From a virus (Duplodnaviria; Caudoviricetes), in IMG/VR virus record IMGVR_UViG_3300025789_000006, positions 1 through 53,156 of that record: DNA of 53,156 nt, one strand, 5' to 3'. A program made the position numbers and the translations under genes. Below are positions 1-9,949 of the stretch, in pieces. Each line of letters opens with the position of its first letter. The stretch's first letter is position 1. A model generated the notes under the pieces. That model was given only the letters and a program-made list of their open reading frames with translations. It was not told the origin of the DNA and searched no databases.

Positions 1-127
1 CCAACTTGCGATGGGTTGATGGTCTGTCCGGTATAGGGTGAGGAGTATGTAGTCATGATTAGCTATCCACAGCAACGGCTTGTCGGTCACCAACACGAGA
101 CACATCCTCATCTTTCAGCGACTTGAT
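1..127. repeat. Terminal direct repeat copy 1 (127-bp circular overlap)
   Basis: Identical to 53030-53156. The length matches a common assembler k-mer and the repeat falls inside coding sequence. Confidence 0.97.
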
Positions 128-703
128 GGCTTCGCTGTATTTTTGTTGGAAGATCACGCGTTGATCATTTTTGAGAAAAGGCATTGCCTGCAACAAAGTG
201 CCGTACAGCATCGCTGTTGGGGCATTCTGGGTCAGCCAATTGGTTTGGTTTGTCGAGCTCAATGGAGCGATGCGCTCGTAGTACAGCACCTCGAAGTTGT
301 AGGCCGCATCCGGCGTCGGGGCGATGTACCAGTGATCCCAGTCAGTATCTGCGTAGTAGAGCGGCTTTGCTACATTGGCGTTGTCGGGCCAATAGTTGGT
401 CAGATACTCGTACTTGCGAAGCAAAACAGGGGTGCGATTGCCTGCGCTGTCCGTGATGCTCATGGACACGGTTTTGCGCCACCGAGCAGGCTTGGCAATT
501 GTTGGTTGACCAATATTCATCACCGACTCAGCGACTTGCAATTGGCCCAAGGTTTTGATCTCTTGGGCAATCTCAAACTCAGCCAGAGTAATGAAGGTGG
601 GAATAGCGTTAATGGTGGCTTGGTCTGACCGTTCTAGGTACTGAAGTACATAGTAAGTCAGACTGTCATAAGTCATTACCCATGATGGTGTATTGGTGCT
701 CAT
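59..703 (-). CDS. Head-tail adaptor / tail tubular protein A-like
   Basis: 214 aa with adaptor-like motifs (FITLAE, PTPDAAY, LYGTL). Lies directly upstream of the 415-aa and nozzle genes across the circular junction. Confidence 0.65.
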   Translation of the reverse strand: MSTNTPSWVMTYDSLTYYVLQYLERSDQATINAIPTFITLAEFEIAQEIKTLGQLQVAESVMNIGQPTIAKPARWRKTVSMSITDSAGNRTPVLLRKYEYLTNYWPDNANVAKPLYYADTDWDHWYIAPTPDAAYNFEVLYYERIAPLSSTNQTNWLTQNAPTAMLYGTLLQAMPFLKNDQRVIFQQKYSEAIKSLKDEDVSRVGDRQAVAVDS

Positions 704-760
704 ATTTTCCCCATTGTTATGTCTATTTTCCCATCAGGTTAACAATCTCACAAGGTCACT

Positions 761-1231
761 TTATTTCAATAAAGATGCCTCTGCCATTCGTCTTTTTGTC
801 AGGCCCGGCAAAACCCTGCCGCATGCCTTGTTCCATTTCACAATCTCTTCGCAGGCCCCGCTCCAATCCTTGGCGTCAACCCGTTTTTTGAAGGTGGACA
901 CCCGGTAACTGCCAAGCCCCAAGTTGTAGGTGAAGCTGATCACCGCCGCCAAGCGACGATCCGGCTCGTTGGCGAGGCCGGGCGACAACTTGAGGGCGTT
1001 GCTCGCAAAATACAACAAATGCTGATCTAGGGCCTCTTGGGCCTTCTCTACAGGCCAAACAGTGTCAGGGCCAATGTCTGGCCCCGTACAACCCCATCCA
1101 ATCGTCCAAGGAGCCCCGTGTGAGCCCGGATCAGGGTAGGCTTGGCATCCACCGTCAGGCAAGCGCCTTGCGTAGCCTTCAAACGGCTTTACAAGGGATT
1201 CGCTCGCCAGTCTGATGGCGTCGCCGATCAT
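761..1231 (-). CDS. Endolysin, phage lysozyme (GH24-like)
   Basis: FEG...AYPDPG...PWTIGWG catalytic E/D/T pattern, SFTYNLG, and C-terminal LPGLTKRRMAE. Confidence 0.92.
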   Translation of the reverse strand: MIGDAIRLASESLVKPFEGYARRLPDGGCQAYPDPGSHGAPWTIGWGCTGPDIGPDTVWPVEKAQEALDQHLLYFASNALKLSPGLANEPDRRLAAVISFTYNLGLGSYRVSTFKKRVDAKDWSGACEEIVKWNKACGRVLPGLTKRRMAEASLLK

Positions 1232-1710
1232 TTTTGATACTTCTCAATCGCTCGACCCACAAACCAGAAGGTCAAGATCATGTTGAGCATGCCAAAGTCG
1301 TCTGCCGTCCAGTTGCCGACAATGATGTCGTGCCAATTAGCGCCGCTGTTGAAAGCGTAGACCATCACCGAAATCTTGAAGGCCACATACATGCCAAAGA
1401 GCACATAGGTGACCATGGGGCGCACAAGAGCAGACAGAGCCGCCACCCATGGGTAACTGGCCTTGGCCTCTTCGCCTTGTTCCTTGAACGCCTCTTGAAT
1501 TGCTTCCAGTTGAGCAGTGCTGTGCTCAACATATTTTTGTTCCATCGTGAACTGACCGCGCATCTTTTCCAGATCGGTCTGCAGGCCAAACATAGCCAGT
1601 TCGTGCTTGCGCTCGTCGTTCTTGTCGAGGTACTTCAGAATCTCAGGTGCCAAACGAAAAATGCCCCCTAAGAGGCTTCCAAAGACACCACCAGTTAGCC
1701 AGTCCAACAT
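1228..1710 (-). CDS. Holin-like membrane protein
   Basis: Hydrophobic N- and C-terminal segments (VRPMVTY, FWFVGR), adjacent to the lysozyme. Start moved to MLDWL at 1710. Confidence 0.55.
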   Translation of the reverse strand: MLDWLTGGVFGSLLGGIFRLAPEILKYLDKNDERKHELAMFGLQTDLEKMRGQFTMEQKYVEHSTAQLEAIQEAFKEQGEEAKASYPWVAALSALVRPMVTYVLFGMYVAFKISVMVYAFNSGANWHDIIVGNWTADDFGMLNMILTFWFVGRAIEKYQK

Positions 1711-2078
1711 TATTTGCTCCCAATATTTGATAGGGCCATGCACAATAAGCCGGCGCCAACACCAGTTGCAATTGCCTCAGTTGTCTCACCACCGAAGTGC
1801 GATGGATGAGAAATCAGGTCTGAAATTGCAGTTAAAAATCCAGTCAAGCCTGCCACAACAAATTTGTTGTCTTGCAGTTCTTTGCGACCAAAAAACGAAA
1901 TAAGGACAGCAAGACCGCCGGTCATTGCGCCCGTTTGAAGAGCCTTGATCCAATGAGGCAGTGTCAACGCGAGCACATTGCCTTGAACCATCATCATCAA
2001 GCAAGATGGCGTGGCCTCAGACAGCCTGCGAATAAAAATTTCAACTTTGACTTTTAACAATTCAAAAATTGGATTCAT
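1710..2078 (-). CDS. Small multi-pass membrane protein
   Basis: 122 aa with several hydrophobic Gly-rich helices, in the lysis cluster. Confidence 0.55.
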   Translation of the reverse strand: MNPIFELLKVKVEIFIRRLSEATPSCLMMMVQGNVLALTLPHWIKALQTGAMTGGLAVLISFFGRKELQDNKFVVAGLTGFLTAISDLISHPSHFGGETTEAIATGVGAGLLCMALSNIGSK

Positions 2079-2338
2079 TTTTTATTCCTTTCTTCAATGA
2101 GCCTTACCCTTACTTGGAGATCGTTGATTTCTCGCTCCAATTCGGACTTCAGTACATGTCTGCGCTCTGCCGAGATGGGGCTGTCAGTTGGTATGCCATC
2201 GGCAGTGATGAGCGCAGGCATCTTGCCTTCAATCTGCGTGAGACGGGTTTGAAACGAACTGACCTCACCCAAAAGCCACCCAATACAAACAACCAGTATG
2301 GGTAAAACCGCTTTCAAGATATCGGACAAATTCATCAT
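2075..2338 (-). CDS. Membrane-anchored coiled-coil protein (lysis cluster)
   Basis: N-terminal TM segment followed by a heptad-like helix. Confidence 0.55.
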   Translation of the reverse strand: MMNLSDILKAVLPILVVCIGWLLGEVSSFQTRLTQIEGKMPALITADGIPTDSPISAERRHVLKSELEREINDLQVRVRLIEERNKK

Positions 2339-2340
2339 GT

Positions 2341-2559
2341 TTACCCCAAAAATTTCTTAACGAACTCAGCCGCGAAACCGGGGCCGAGAAGCACAGCAAC
2401 GATCACCGCATAAAGCAGGTACTCGATCTTTGCCATGCGCTTTGAGCCGTCGTCAAATCGTTCTGTGACGCCACTAAAAGACTCTTCGATCTTCTTGTAG
2501 CGTTCTGCACAGACGGCTTCATGGACTGATAGGCGTGTATCCAAGGATTCCTCCGACAT
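2341..2559 (-). CDS. Small coiled-coil protein with C-terminal TM (holin/hemolysin-like)
   Basis: HEAVCAERY motif followed by a hydrophobic tail. Confidence 0.6.
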   Translation of the reverse strand: MSEESLDTRLSVHEAVCAERYKKIEESFSGVTERFDDGSKRMAKIEYLLYAVIVAVLLGPGFAAEFVKKFLG

Positions 2560-2733
2560 TTAGTCATATCCCCTTAGGGTCTTGGCGAGGCGAGCTCGTT
2601 GACCCTCTTTGCCGGGTTTCTTGGCGGCGGCGTTAAGCTTCTTCATCGGAATCTTCTTGCCTTCAGGAACATGGAGCTCCTTGTGCAAAGCGCCGGGATG
2701 CTTAATCGCTTTTTGAATCCACTTTTCAGCCAT
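2560..2733 (-). CDS. Small basic protein (57 aa, not in ORF track)
   Basis: Hand-translated MAEKWIQKAIKHPGALHKELHVPEGKKIPMKKLNAAAKKPGKEGQRARLAKTLRGYD, preceded by an AAAGG RBS. Confidence 0.75.
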   Translation of the reverse strand: MAEKWIQKAIKHPGALHKELHVPEGKKIPMKKLNAAAKKPGKEGQRARLAKTLRGYD

Positions 2734-2756
2734 GATCAGCCTTTCGTATTACTAAT

Positions 2757-3068
2757 TTAATTAGTAGTCGGTGCGTCGGTTGTAGGAACCTCAGCAGGCG
2801 CTTCAGTTGCTTCAGCAGGCGCCTCTGCGGCCTCCACAGGAGCTTCTTCAGCCACTGGGGCCTCTTCCACTGGTGCCTCAACAGCAGGCTCCTCTACGGG
2901 CGCTTGCACTGGTGCGGCAACAGGTTGAGAGGGAGGAGCCACCACTGCGTCTTTAGGTTGCATTGCCTCGTATTTGCCTTGCAAAAAGTCAATGAAACGG
3001 TGAATCTCTTCACTCACTTCAGAGTCAAATTCCTCAACATAAGTACGAATGTCGTTCAAAAATTGCAT
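2757..3068 (-). CDS. Hypothetical protein with acidic Ala/Pro/Glu tail
   Basis: AGGAG RBS; low-complexity EAP repeats. Confidence 0.7.
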   Translation of the reverse strand: MQFLNDIRTYVEEFDSEVSEEIHRFIDFLQGKYEAMQPKDAVVAPPSQPVAAPVQAPVEEPAVEAPVEEAPVAEEAPVEAAEAPAEATEAPAEVPTTDAPTTN

Positions 3069-3083
3069 GATGGCTCCTATGGT

Positions 3084-3260
3084 TTAGTTTGGTGATGCCT
3101 CTGCAGGTGCAGGGGCGGCTTCGGCGGCAGGCTGTGCGCCTTGTGCCTGTGCTTGTTTCTGTACTTCTTGGATGAGGCCCGCAACTTCAACAAAGGGTTT
3201 GGAACCCAAATATTGCATGATTGCGTTGACCAAGTCTGTTGTTAGTTTGATTTCGTTCAT
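3084..3260 (-). CDS. Small tail-fibre-associated protein
   Basis: Start MNEIK after a GGAG RBS; YLGSKPFVEVAGLI motif; downstream of the fibre genes. Confidence 0.65.
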   Translation of the reverse strand: MNEIKLTTDLVNAIMQYLGSKPFVEVAGLIQEVQKQAQAQGAQPAAEAAPAPAEASPN

Positions 3261-3314
3261 CTCACATCTCCGTGAAAATGCCACCAAAATGGGGTGGTGG
3301 CTTCCCCTTAAATA

Positions 3315-3671
3315 TTATGCCGCAGGTGTAGACCAAGGCAAAGGCAATTGAACTTGGGACGGGTTCTTTTGCGCTTGAACACTTGCAGTTACGCTTGCTT
3401 CAGACGCCCCTTGATCAACGCCATTCGCCCAACACCATCCAACAACTTGAGATTGAGTAAGTTGCGAATATGGCGTAAATGATCCACCTGATGCGGGCAC
3501 AGGGAAAGAACAAGTGCCATACACATTGCTTGTGTAAGTCACAGGAGGTGTGGCAGTGGTGGTATCAGTACCAGTGCAACGCCATCCGGCAGTTAAGACG
3601 ACTTGTGAGTAGCCGTCAATTGTTTGTGTGGATGTTTCCATCCAGTCGATTGTCCATGCGATAGTGGTCAT
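3315..3671 (-). CDS. Tail-fibre-associated (assembly/chaperone-like) protein
   Basis: 118 aa with FTPYSQLT and a terminal LPW, immediately after the fibre gene. Confidence 0.6.
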   Translation of the reverse strand: MTTIAWTIDWMETSTQTIDGYSQVVLTAGWRCTGTDTTTATPPVTYTSNVYGTCSFPVPASGGSFTPYSQLTQSQVVGWCWANGVDQGASEASVTASVQAQKNPSQVQLPLPWSTPAA

Positions 3672-3673
3672 GA

Positions 3674-5605
3674 TTAAGCTCCTAGTTTAGATTTCAATTG
3701 ATTAACTTCTGCTGTCAATGCTTGGATAGATGCAATCATCAAGGGAATAAGTTCTGTATAGCGAACACCCAAATACCCTTCTATTTCACCTTCTTTTTTA
3801 ACTACATCCATTGCTTCTGGAACAACATTTTGAACAGTTGTTGCATCAACACCAACTTGTGGTTTGTTTTCTGCATCATTTTTCCAAGTGAATTTGATTG
3901 TTTTAATTTGAGCAATGTCAGTCAATGGGTCGGTATATGTCCCTGTGATGTTTTTCAGTTTGGGGTCGGAATATGATGTCCATGAAGTTGAACCCCAATT
4001 AAGTTGAACACCTGCACTGTTGGTGTTGTAAATAGTAAATGGGGGTGATGATGTGCTTGAACTGTTTCCAAGACGCAAATCCCACCATTTGCCAGATGCC
4101 GTATTATTAAAACGGCATACTGAATCCCAACTTGCATTACTGTTGTTTACATAAAGAGAGACATTTTGACCAGAGCATTGAAAGTTTGCACAATCTGTAT
4201 TACTTAAAACTGAAAGTTGTTGAGAAGGTGAACTTGTCCCGATACCTAGATAGCCTGCGCTAGTAAAGCGACCATATTCAGTGCCATTTGCATAAAAAGT
4301 CAATGGCACAGCACCGATTCCATAGATACGGTTTTCGGTTGCGCCACGCATTACTAATGCGCCATATCCTGAACCAGTTTGAATGCCAATACCGTCACTG
4401 CCTGATGCAGAGTAGACATTGAACTGTTGGTATTGACTACCGCCCGCACCAACAAGAACTTGTTGGGCGTAATTGATATACATTGCCTGTAGCTGTCCGG
4501 CTCCATTATTAACATAGAACCCAAGTTCGCCACGGTTAACTTGACCAGAGCCGATGAAGGTTCGGATGGAAGAAACATCGTAGTTGGTGGCGGTGTTGTA
4601 CCATTGAATCCGAGTAAGTTCTGACCCACTTGAGACACTACCCCACTGGGCCATGTTTCCGCTTACAGCAAGTTTTCCGTAGGTAGAAGAACCAACAATA
4701 CCAATGCCGACATTACCTCCATTGGGGGAAATGCCAATGTTTTGATATGCGGAACTGCCGTAGTCATATGCCTCCAATCGACCGTAAGTCGTTTCCCAAG
4801 ACAAGAAAATTCCCTTGCCCGTATAGGGCTGTAAACTGCCTTGAGCAACAACACTTGCGCTCGCACTAACGCCACCCGCAGATTGAATGTAGTAATTATT
4901 GTTGGATGGAGTCAATCCAACACCAAATTGACCTGTGGTTATAAAGCGACCTGCTTCTGCGCCGTTTGGTCTAAAAATTAAAGGATATGCACCACTTGTT
5001 CCAATAGCTAGAGATTGAGTGCTAGAGCCAGTATCAATGTATGAAGTACCACCGCTTTGGTACAACCGCATAACATCATTTGTACCATCATTAACTTTGA
5101 TGAAACCTGTTCCTGTAAGCGTTAATGATGTACCATTAAAAGTCAAATTAGCACTTGATTGAAAAGCGCTTGTTCCATTACCGTAAGGAATTTGGTTTGC
5201 AGTCAGCGAAGTCAAACCTGTGCCACCCGAAGCTACTGGCAAAGTTCCGGTTGTTAAAGCCGAGGTTGAAGTGGCATAAACAGCGCCACCAGAAGTAAAC
5301 GCAGTAAGTCCTGTACCACCGTTTGTGGTTGCCAATGTGCCTGCAACAGTCACAGCGCCTGTGGTTGCAGTGTTGGGGGTCAGGCCGGTTGTGCCAAAGC
5401 TGATTGAGGATACATTGATGTTGCCTGCTTTGGAAGCCAACACCTGCACATTACCTGATGCATCTTTGTAAAAAAGCTTGCCATCAAAGTAGTTCAATGC
5501 CAATTCAGCGCCCGACGCACTGCTTGTCAAGTTGGATGCAGAAGGCGTGTTTCCAGTTGAGCCACTGGCGTAAATTAGTATGGGGGTGTATCCGCTTTGT
5601 GCCAT
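3674..5605 (-). CDS. Tail fibre with C-terminal intramolecular chaperone (peptidase S74-like)
   Basis: GELALN and NGGTG repeats, GNVGIG shaft repeats, SDPKLK autocleavage-type motif, YTELIPLMIASIQAL coiled end. Confidence 0.88.
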   Translation of the reverse strand: MAQSGYTPILIYASGSTGNTPSASNLTSSASGAELALNYFDGKLFYKDASGNVQVLASKAGNINVSSISFGTTGLTPNTATTGAVTVAGTLATTNGGTGLTAFTSGGAVYATSTSALTTGTLPVASGGTGLTSLTANQIPYGNGTSAFQSSANLTFNGTSLTLTGTGFIKVNDGTNDVMRLYQSGGTSYIDTGSSTQSLAIGTSGAYPLIFRPNGAEAGRFITTGQFGVGLTPSNNNYYIQSAGGVSASASVVAQGSLQPYTGKGIFLSWETTYGRLEAYDYGSSAYQNIGISPNGGNVGIGIVGSSTYGKLAVSGNMAQWGSVSSGSELTRIQWYNTATNYDVSSIRTFIGSGQVNRGELGFYVNNGAGQLQAMYINYAQQVLVGAGGSQYQQFNVYSASGSDGIGIQTGSGYGALVMRGATENRIYGIGAVPLTFYANGTEYGRFTSAGYLGIGTSSPSQQLSVLSNTDCANFQCSGQNVSLYVNNSNASWDSVCRFNNTASGKWWDLRLGNSSSTSSPPFTIYNTNSAGVQLNWGSTSWTSYSDPKLKNITGTYTDPLTDIAQIKTIKFTWKNDAENKPQVGVDATTVQNVVPEAMDVVKKEGEIEGYLGVRYTELIPLMIASIQALTAEVNQLKSKLGA

Positions 5606-5614
5606 GTTTTTTCC

Positions 5615-8482
5615 TTAGAATGCGCCGCCTGCAATGCCACCTGTGATTGTGCCATTTGCCGCGTTACAAGTTATTGACGAGTTTACCAATTGTGGCAAAT
5701 TGCCGCTAGTCGCCGTTACGAAAGTTAGATAGTTTGTCGCGCCCGTAGAAGCCGCAGTCACCGCCGTGTTGACCGTGTTTGTGGCTCCCAAGTTGGCAAC
5801 AGTCGTTGTGCTAGAAACAACAAAAGGTGCGGTTCCAGTCGCCACCGTATTGGTCAATTGACCAGACATGTTCAAGGTTGTCACGCCTTGGATGTAACTG
5901 CTTGCCATGTTCAGACCGGCACTACCCCATGTGAGCAATCCTGTTGTACTATTGCCGGGAGGTAACAAATAACCGGCCCAGTTACCTGTCGCCGCACTTG
6001 CTGATGTCGAATAAATCCAACCTGCACCACCGGGAACAGCAGTCGCCAACAAATTGCCTGCGCTGTCTTGAACGGTGATATTGCCTGTTGAATCGTTGTC
6101 GATCACATAAGCTGTACCTGCCAAAATTGTGTTTTCAGCAGGCAGTTTGACTGTTTGTGTGTTTGTGCCGCTGAAGTTTTGGTAGAAGGTCGCAGTATTT
6201 GTCAGCGTTGTTGTGCCGCCTGCTGTGGGCACATTGGTGTAACCCGGCGCAAAGTTGTTGAACGATGCGATGGTGCTGACGGTACTTGCTGATCCAGTGC
6301 CGCCATTGGCTGTTGCAAGCGTTCCTGCCACAGTAATTGCGCCTGAGGTCGCGGTGGACGGTGTCAAACCTGTAGTGCCAAAACTGAGTGTGGTCACAGC
6401 CACGCCAGACAGAGTTGACCACTGTGGTGCTGTAGCCCCTGAGTTGACAGTCAAGATTTGTCCTGCAGACCCGATTGCTAGAGTGCTGAATGCGCTTGTG
6501 CCTGCACCATAAACCAAAGAACCAGTCGCAAGTGTTGAAAGACCCGTACCGCCGTTTGTGACAGTCAAAGAGCCAGACACATTGGTATTGGCAGTGCCAA
6601 GAGCCAAATTGCCAAACGCAGGAGCTCCTGCGCCGCCAGAAATTAAGGCATTTCCTGATGTTCCTGCGGCAGAATAGGCATGTGCAGTACCTGTGCCATA
6701 CCCAACACCGCCTGCGGTAGGCGTTGCTGTGCTGTTTGTACCGCCGTTTGCGATTGGCACGATACCAATAAGGCTCAATGCCTGCGCAGTTGTGGCGTTG
6801 GTCACAGCACTTGTGCCGTTGGCGTACATGAAACCAGTCAAACCGGTCACTGTGATGCTGTTAAATGCCTCAGAAGAGCTTCCCAAGACCTTTTCCCACA
6901 CAGAGCCGTTGAACACAGCCCAATCACCAACAGACCACAAGCTGATGCCATTCAAAGTGGTTGTACCTGCAGTCGAAACCACATAGTAGTAACCGTTTGT
7001 ACCGACTGATGAGGTCAATGTTGGGGTATTTGTCGCCGCATTCCATGTGCCTTGATAGGTAGTCGCGCCCGAAGCATTGGTGGTGATGCTTGTGATTTGA
7101 CCTTGAGCGTTGACCGTAATCTGTGGAATAGCCAAAGCAGACCCGTAAGTGCCTGCAGAGACGCCCGTATTTGTGATGGATGGTGTAATCGTGCCCGATC
7201 CATTGGTAATGGTGATGCCGGTGCCTGCGGTCAGCGTAGACAGCGTGTAGCCCGTACCATTACCAATTAGTAATTGTCCATTTGTAGGCGTTGTATTGAG
7301 CCCTGTACCGCCATTCGCGACAGGGGTTGTGCCCAAAAGCGTCAACAATTGAGCTGTGGTTGCGGCTGTATAGGCTGAAGTGCCGTTGGCGTAAGCAAAA
7401 CCTGTGAGTGTTCCTGCCACACCGGTACCGCCAGAGCCTGCATTGAGCGTACCGCCCAATACCACCGCGCTCGATGTCGGTGTATTTGGTGTCAAGCCTG
7501 TTGAGCCTGCGCTAAAAGTCGCAACACCTGAACCAGAGATCACTGAGCCCCAACCGCCGGTTGTGTAGGCTTCCAAAGTGCCGGTGTCGGTGTTGTAGCG
7601 GAACGCACCTTGTGCAGGTGTACCGCGCTGTGCTGTCGTGCCTGATGGCAACTGAACAAAGTTGGTGCCGGGCAGGGTTGGATTCGATGCAAGGCCAATC
7701 ACAGGCACACTGGTGCCGTTGGTGACCACAATTTGGTTGACTGTGCCTTGCACATTGGTCACAGAGCCACTGCCGGTGCCGATTGTTTGCCATGTGCTAC
7801 TTGCGTAGAACTCCATGGTCTGGGTATCGGTGTTGTAGCGCATGACGCCGTTGTTTGCCAAACGCTGTGCAGTGCCACCAGAAGGCAATTGAACGCCACC
7901 AGTGCCCGGCAAAACAGGATTTGACACCAGACTAATGGTTGGCGAGCCACCCACAGCATTGCCAAAAGCCACATTGATCTGATTGGTCGTACCACCGATG
8001 GCTGTTTGACTGAATGTCGAGCCATTGATGGTCATCAAACCAGTACCAGATAGACTGGACAGGTTTTGAAGGTTGGTGCTGAGGCCAAATGTGGGGTTTC
8101 CTGCGATGCCATCTGCGTTGGCGATGGTCATGCCTGCACCAACAGCCAAAAGCCTGTTGATGACCGTACTGGCCCCGTTCTTGACAATGATTCCGGTGCT
8201 CGCGGCGTTCAAACTTGCCGCCGGGCCCGTCATATTGATCTGCAGGGTGCTTCCTGCACCATTGTCAGTCAATGAAAGGCCAGAGGTGGCGCTCAAATAA
8301 CGAGCCTGAGTCAGCCCTGCAGTCGATCCAACGGTCAGGAAAGGGTAATTCAGCGCGCCGGCGCCTGCAATTGCGCCCGTGGTGGTCTGCGCGGTAACAC
8401 CGTTTTGAACGACAGGAACGAGCTCGGAGCCAGTCAAGGCTCCTGCTGTTGGTAGTTGGGTAATGGTTACTTGTCCACTCAT
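5615..8482 (-). CDS. Long tail fibre / Gly-Thr-rich virion fibre
   Basis: 955 aa with many xxNGGTG repeats, a duplicated PSGTTAQR...RYNTDT unit and a YQGTWNA module. Confidence 0.85.
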   Translation of the reverse strand: MSGQVTITQLPTAGALTGSELVPVVQNGVTAQTTTGAIAGAGALNYPFLTVGSTAGLTQARYLSATSGLSLTDNGAGSTLQINMTGPAASLNAASTGIIVKNGASTVINRLLAVGAGMTIANADGIAGNPTFGLSTNLQNLSSLSGTGLMTINGSTFSQTAIGGTTNQINVAFGNAVGGSPTISLVSNPVLPGTGGVQLPSGGTAQRLANNGVMRYNTDTQTMEFYASSTWQTIGTGSGSVTNVQGTVNQIVVTNGTSVPVIGLASNPTLPGTNFVQLPSGTTAQRGTPAQGAFRYNTDTGTLEAYTTGGWGSVISGSGVATFSAGSTGLTPNTPTSSAVVLGGTLNAGSGGTGVAGTLTGFAYANGTSAYTAATTAQLLTLLGTTPVANGGTGLNTTPTNGQLLIGNGTGYTLSTLTAGTGITITNGSGTITPSITNTGVSAGTYGSALAIPQITVNAQGQITSITTNASGATTYQGTWNAATNTPTLTSSVGTNGYYYVVSTAGTTTLNGISLWSVGDWAVFNGSVWEKVLGSSSEAFNSITVTGLTGFMYANGTSAVTNATTAQALSLIGIVPIANGGTNSTATPTAGGVGYGTGTAHAYSAAGTSGNALISGGAGAPAFGNLALGTANTNVSGSLTVTNGGTGLSTLATGSLVYGAGTSAFSTLAIGSAGQILTVNSGATAPQWSTLSGVAVTTLSFGTTGLTPSTATSGAITVAGTLATANGGTGSASTVSTIASFNNFAPGYTNVPTAGGTTTLTNTATFYQNFSGTNTQTVKLPAENTILAGTAYVIDNDSTGNITVQDSAGNLLATAVPGGAGWIYSTSASAATGNWAGYLLPPGNSTTGLLTWGSAGLNMASSYIQGVTTLNMSGQLTNTVATGTAPFVVSSTTTVANLGATNTVNTAVTAASTGATNYLTFVTATSGNLPQLVNSSITCNAANGTITGGIAGGAF

Positions 8483-8483
8483 G

Positions 8484-8870
8484 TTATTCGCTCGTCGGTG
8501 TAGATGGGTTTGGAGTAATGATGTCGTTGTTGCCCGTCTGTGTTGGTGTTTGTGTGTTGCCTTCAGTACTGATGTACCACTCGCTTGGATCGCCGCCCGG
8601 AATCTCTGTTCCAGTTGGCGTCAACACCAAACCTTCATCATCTGCCGCAACGCTGACATCGGGGCGAGGGAACTGCAAAGTAATCCGTTCAGTCTTGCGC
8701 GCAGGCAAACGATACGGGTCTTTCTCATCTGCGCAACCACGCTGACACACTTTCAGACCCGGAAAGTTTGGGTCAGGCATGGCTTCAATAATAGGACGCT
8801 TCATCTTGCATCTGTCGCAGATGAAGATCGCTATTACTGCATTGCCGGTGGTGTCGAGGAAGCGTGGCAT
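8484..8870 (-). CDS. Small Zn-ribbon-like protein of the head-tail region
   Basis: CDRC...VCQRGC...D(P)YRLP...PRPD motifs. Confidence 0.65.
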   Translation of the reverse strand: MPRFLDTTGNAVIAIFICDRCKMKRPIIEAMPDPNFPGLKVCQRGCADEKDPYRLPARKTERITLQFPRPDVSVAADDEGLVLTPTGTEIPGGDPSEWYISTEGNTQTPTQTGNNDIITPNPSTPTSE

Positions 8871-8872
8871 GC

Positions 8873-9946
8873 TTACCTCGTGTAGACAGAAATATTCGGG
8901 GCGAAGTAGATCGGCGACTTATCGCGCTCTTCGTTCTCAGCCATGATGAAGTACTTCTCGGCTTGGCCTTCCAAGTAAGTGATGCGTCCTTGCTCGACAC
9001 CGGGCAGGATCATGCTCATCTGGTGGGCCAAGATGAATTGAATGGCCTGATTCCAACGCTGAGGAATCTCAAGCTGTCCATTCAGGTCGCCAACATCGTC
9101 AATCTGACGCGAGTACCACACAGTCATCTGCACAAATGGGTCAGATGGTGTGGGCCACAGCGTGATCTTTGCTTGAGGCAATTGACGATTGAACCAGAAC
9201 TGATACGGCTGATTGGCTGTGAAGTTCTTGTTGGGCAAATTCGTGTAGTCGTCGCGGTTCAAGCGCGCCATGGTGATCTCAGTCGAGTTGCAACCGAGAT
9301 ACCACTCATCCAAGGCCAAAGTTGTGCCACCAAACGCTTGGATGCGATAGTAGGCCACATTGGCGCCGGGATCGATGTCTTGATAAATCCACTGCCCGTT
9401 GGTCACGGTCACATTGGTGCCGGTGTACAGGGTCGTCCAGTTGGTTCCGTCGCTTGAACACTGCAGGTAGTAGTTCCATACCGCACTGCCATTGTTGGCA
9501 ATGTATGGCATGAAGCCAATTGACCCAATGTATTGGGTGTTCGACGCGCCGTAGTTGACCGTGAAGTTGCCGTTGGGCGATGTTTGTTGGCAGTAAGTGT
9601 TGATGTTGCCATCAGCGATGTTGCCCACCACGCCGCCTGCGCTCGATGTATACGACCCCACAGGGCGCGTCATAGTGCGATACAGGGCGTTTAAGACATC
9701 AACCCCACCCAGAGGTAGCAAGTACTCGTATTGATTGGGCTGAAGGCCGTATACGGTCTTGTTGATTGCCCAATAGTTGATGCCTTGGTTGATGAGGTTG
9801 CTGAGGGCAAAGAAAAGCGCCTGTTTAGAGGCTTGGACTTGTTCAACGGTGAGCTCTTCCGCAAGCTTACCCGATAGACGGGCACCTTGGTCAATGAACT
9901 GCTGTACGGTGACTACAGTTTGTCCGACAGTACCGCTGTAAGCCAT
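8873..9946 (-). CDS. Head-tail adaptor protein with inserted discoidin-like beta domain
   Basis: N- and C-terminal adaptor-like motifs (NQGINYW, LWPTP, IPQRW) flank an SSDGTNWT-type carbohydrate-binding-like insert. Confidence 0.6.
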   Translation of the reverse strand: MAYSGTVGQTVVTVQQFIDQGARLSGKLAEELTVEQVQASKQALFFALSNLINQGINYWAINKTVYGLQPNQYEYLLPLGGVDVLNALYRTMTRPVGSYTSSAGGVVGNIADGNINTYCQQTSPNGNFTVNYGASNTQYIGSIGFMPYIANNGSAVWNYYLQCSSDGTNWTTLYTGTNVTVTNGQWIYQDIDPGANVAYYRIQAFGGTTLALDEWYLGCNSTEITMARLNRDDYTNLPNKNFTANQPYQFWFNRQLPQAKITLWPTPSDPFVQMTVWYSRQIDDVGDLNGQLEIPQRWNQAIQFILAHQMSMILPGVEQGRITYLEGQAEKYFIMAENEERDKSPIYFAPNISVYTR

Positions 9947-9949
9947 AAA

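Noticed and set aside
1-127. Biological terminal repeat
   Set aside because: Exactly 127 bp and lies within coding sequence, so it is best explained as assembly overlap.
3674-8482. Diversity-generating retroelement or invertible fibre cassette
   Set aside because: No reverse transcriptase or invertase, and no template/variable repeat pair differing only at adenines was seen.
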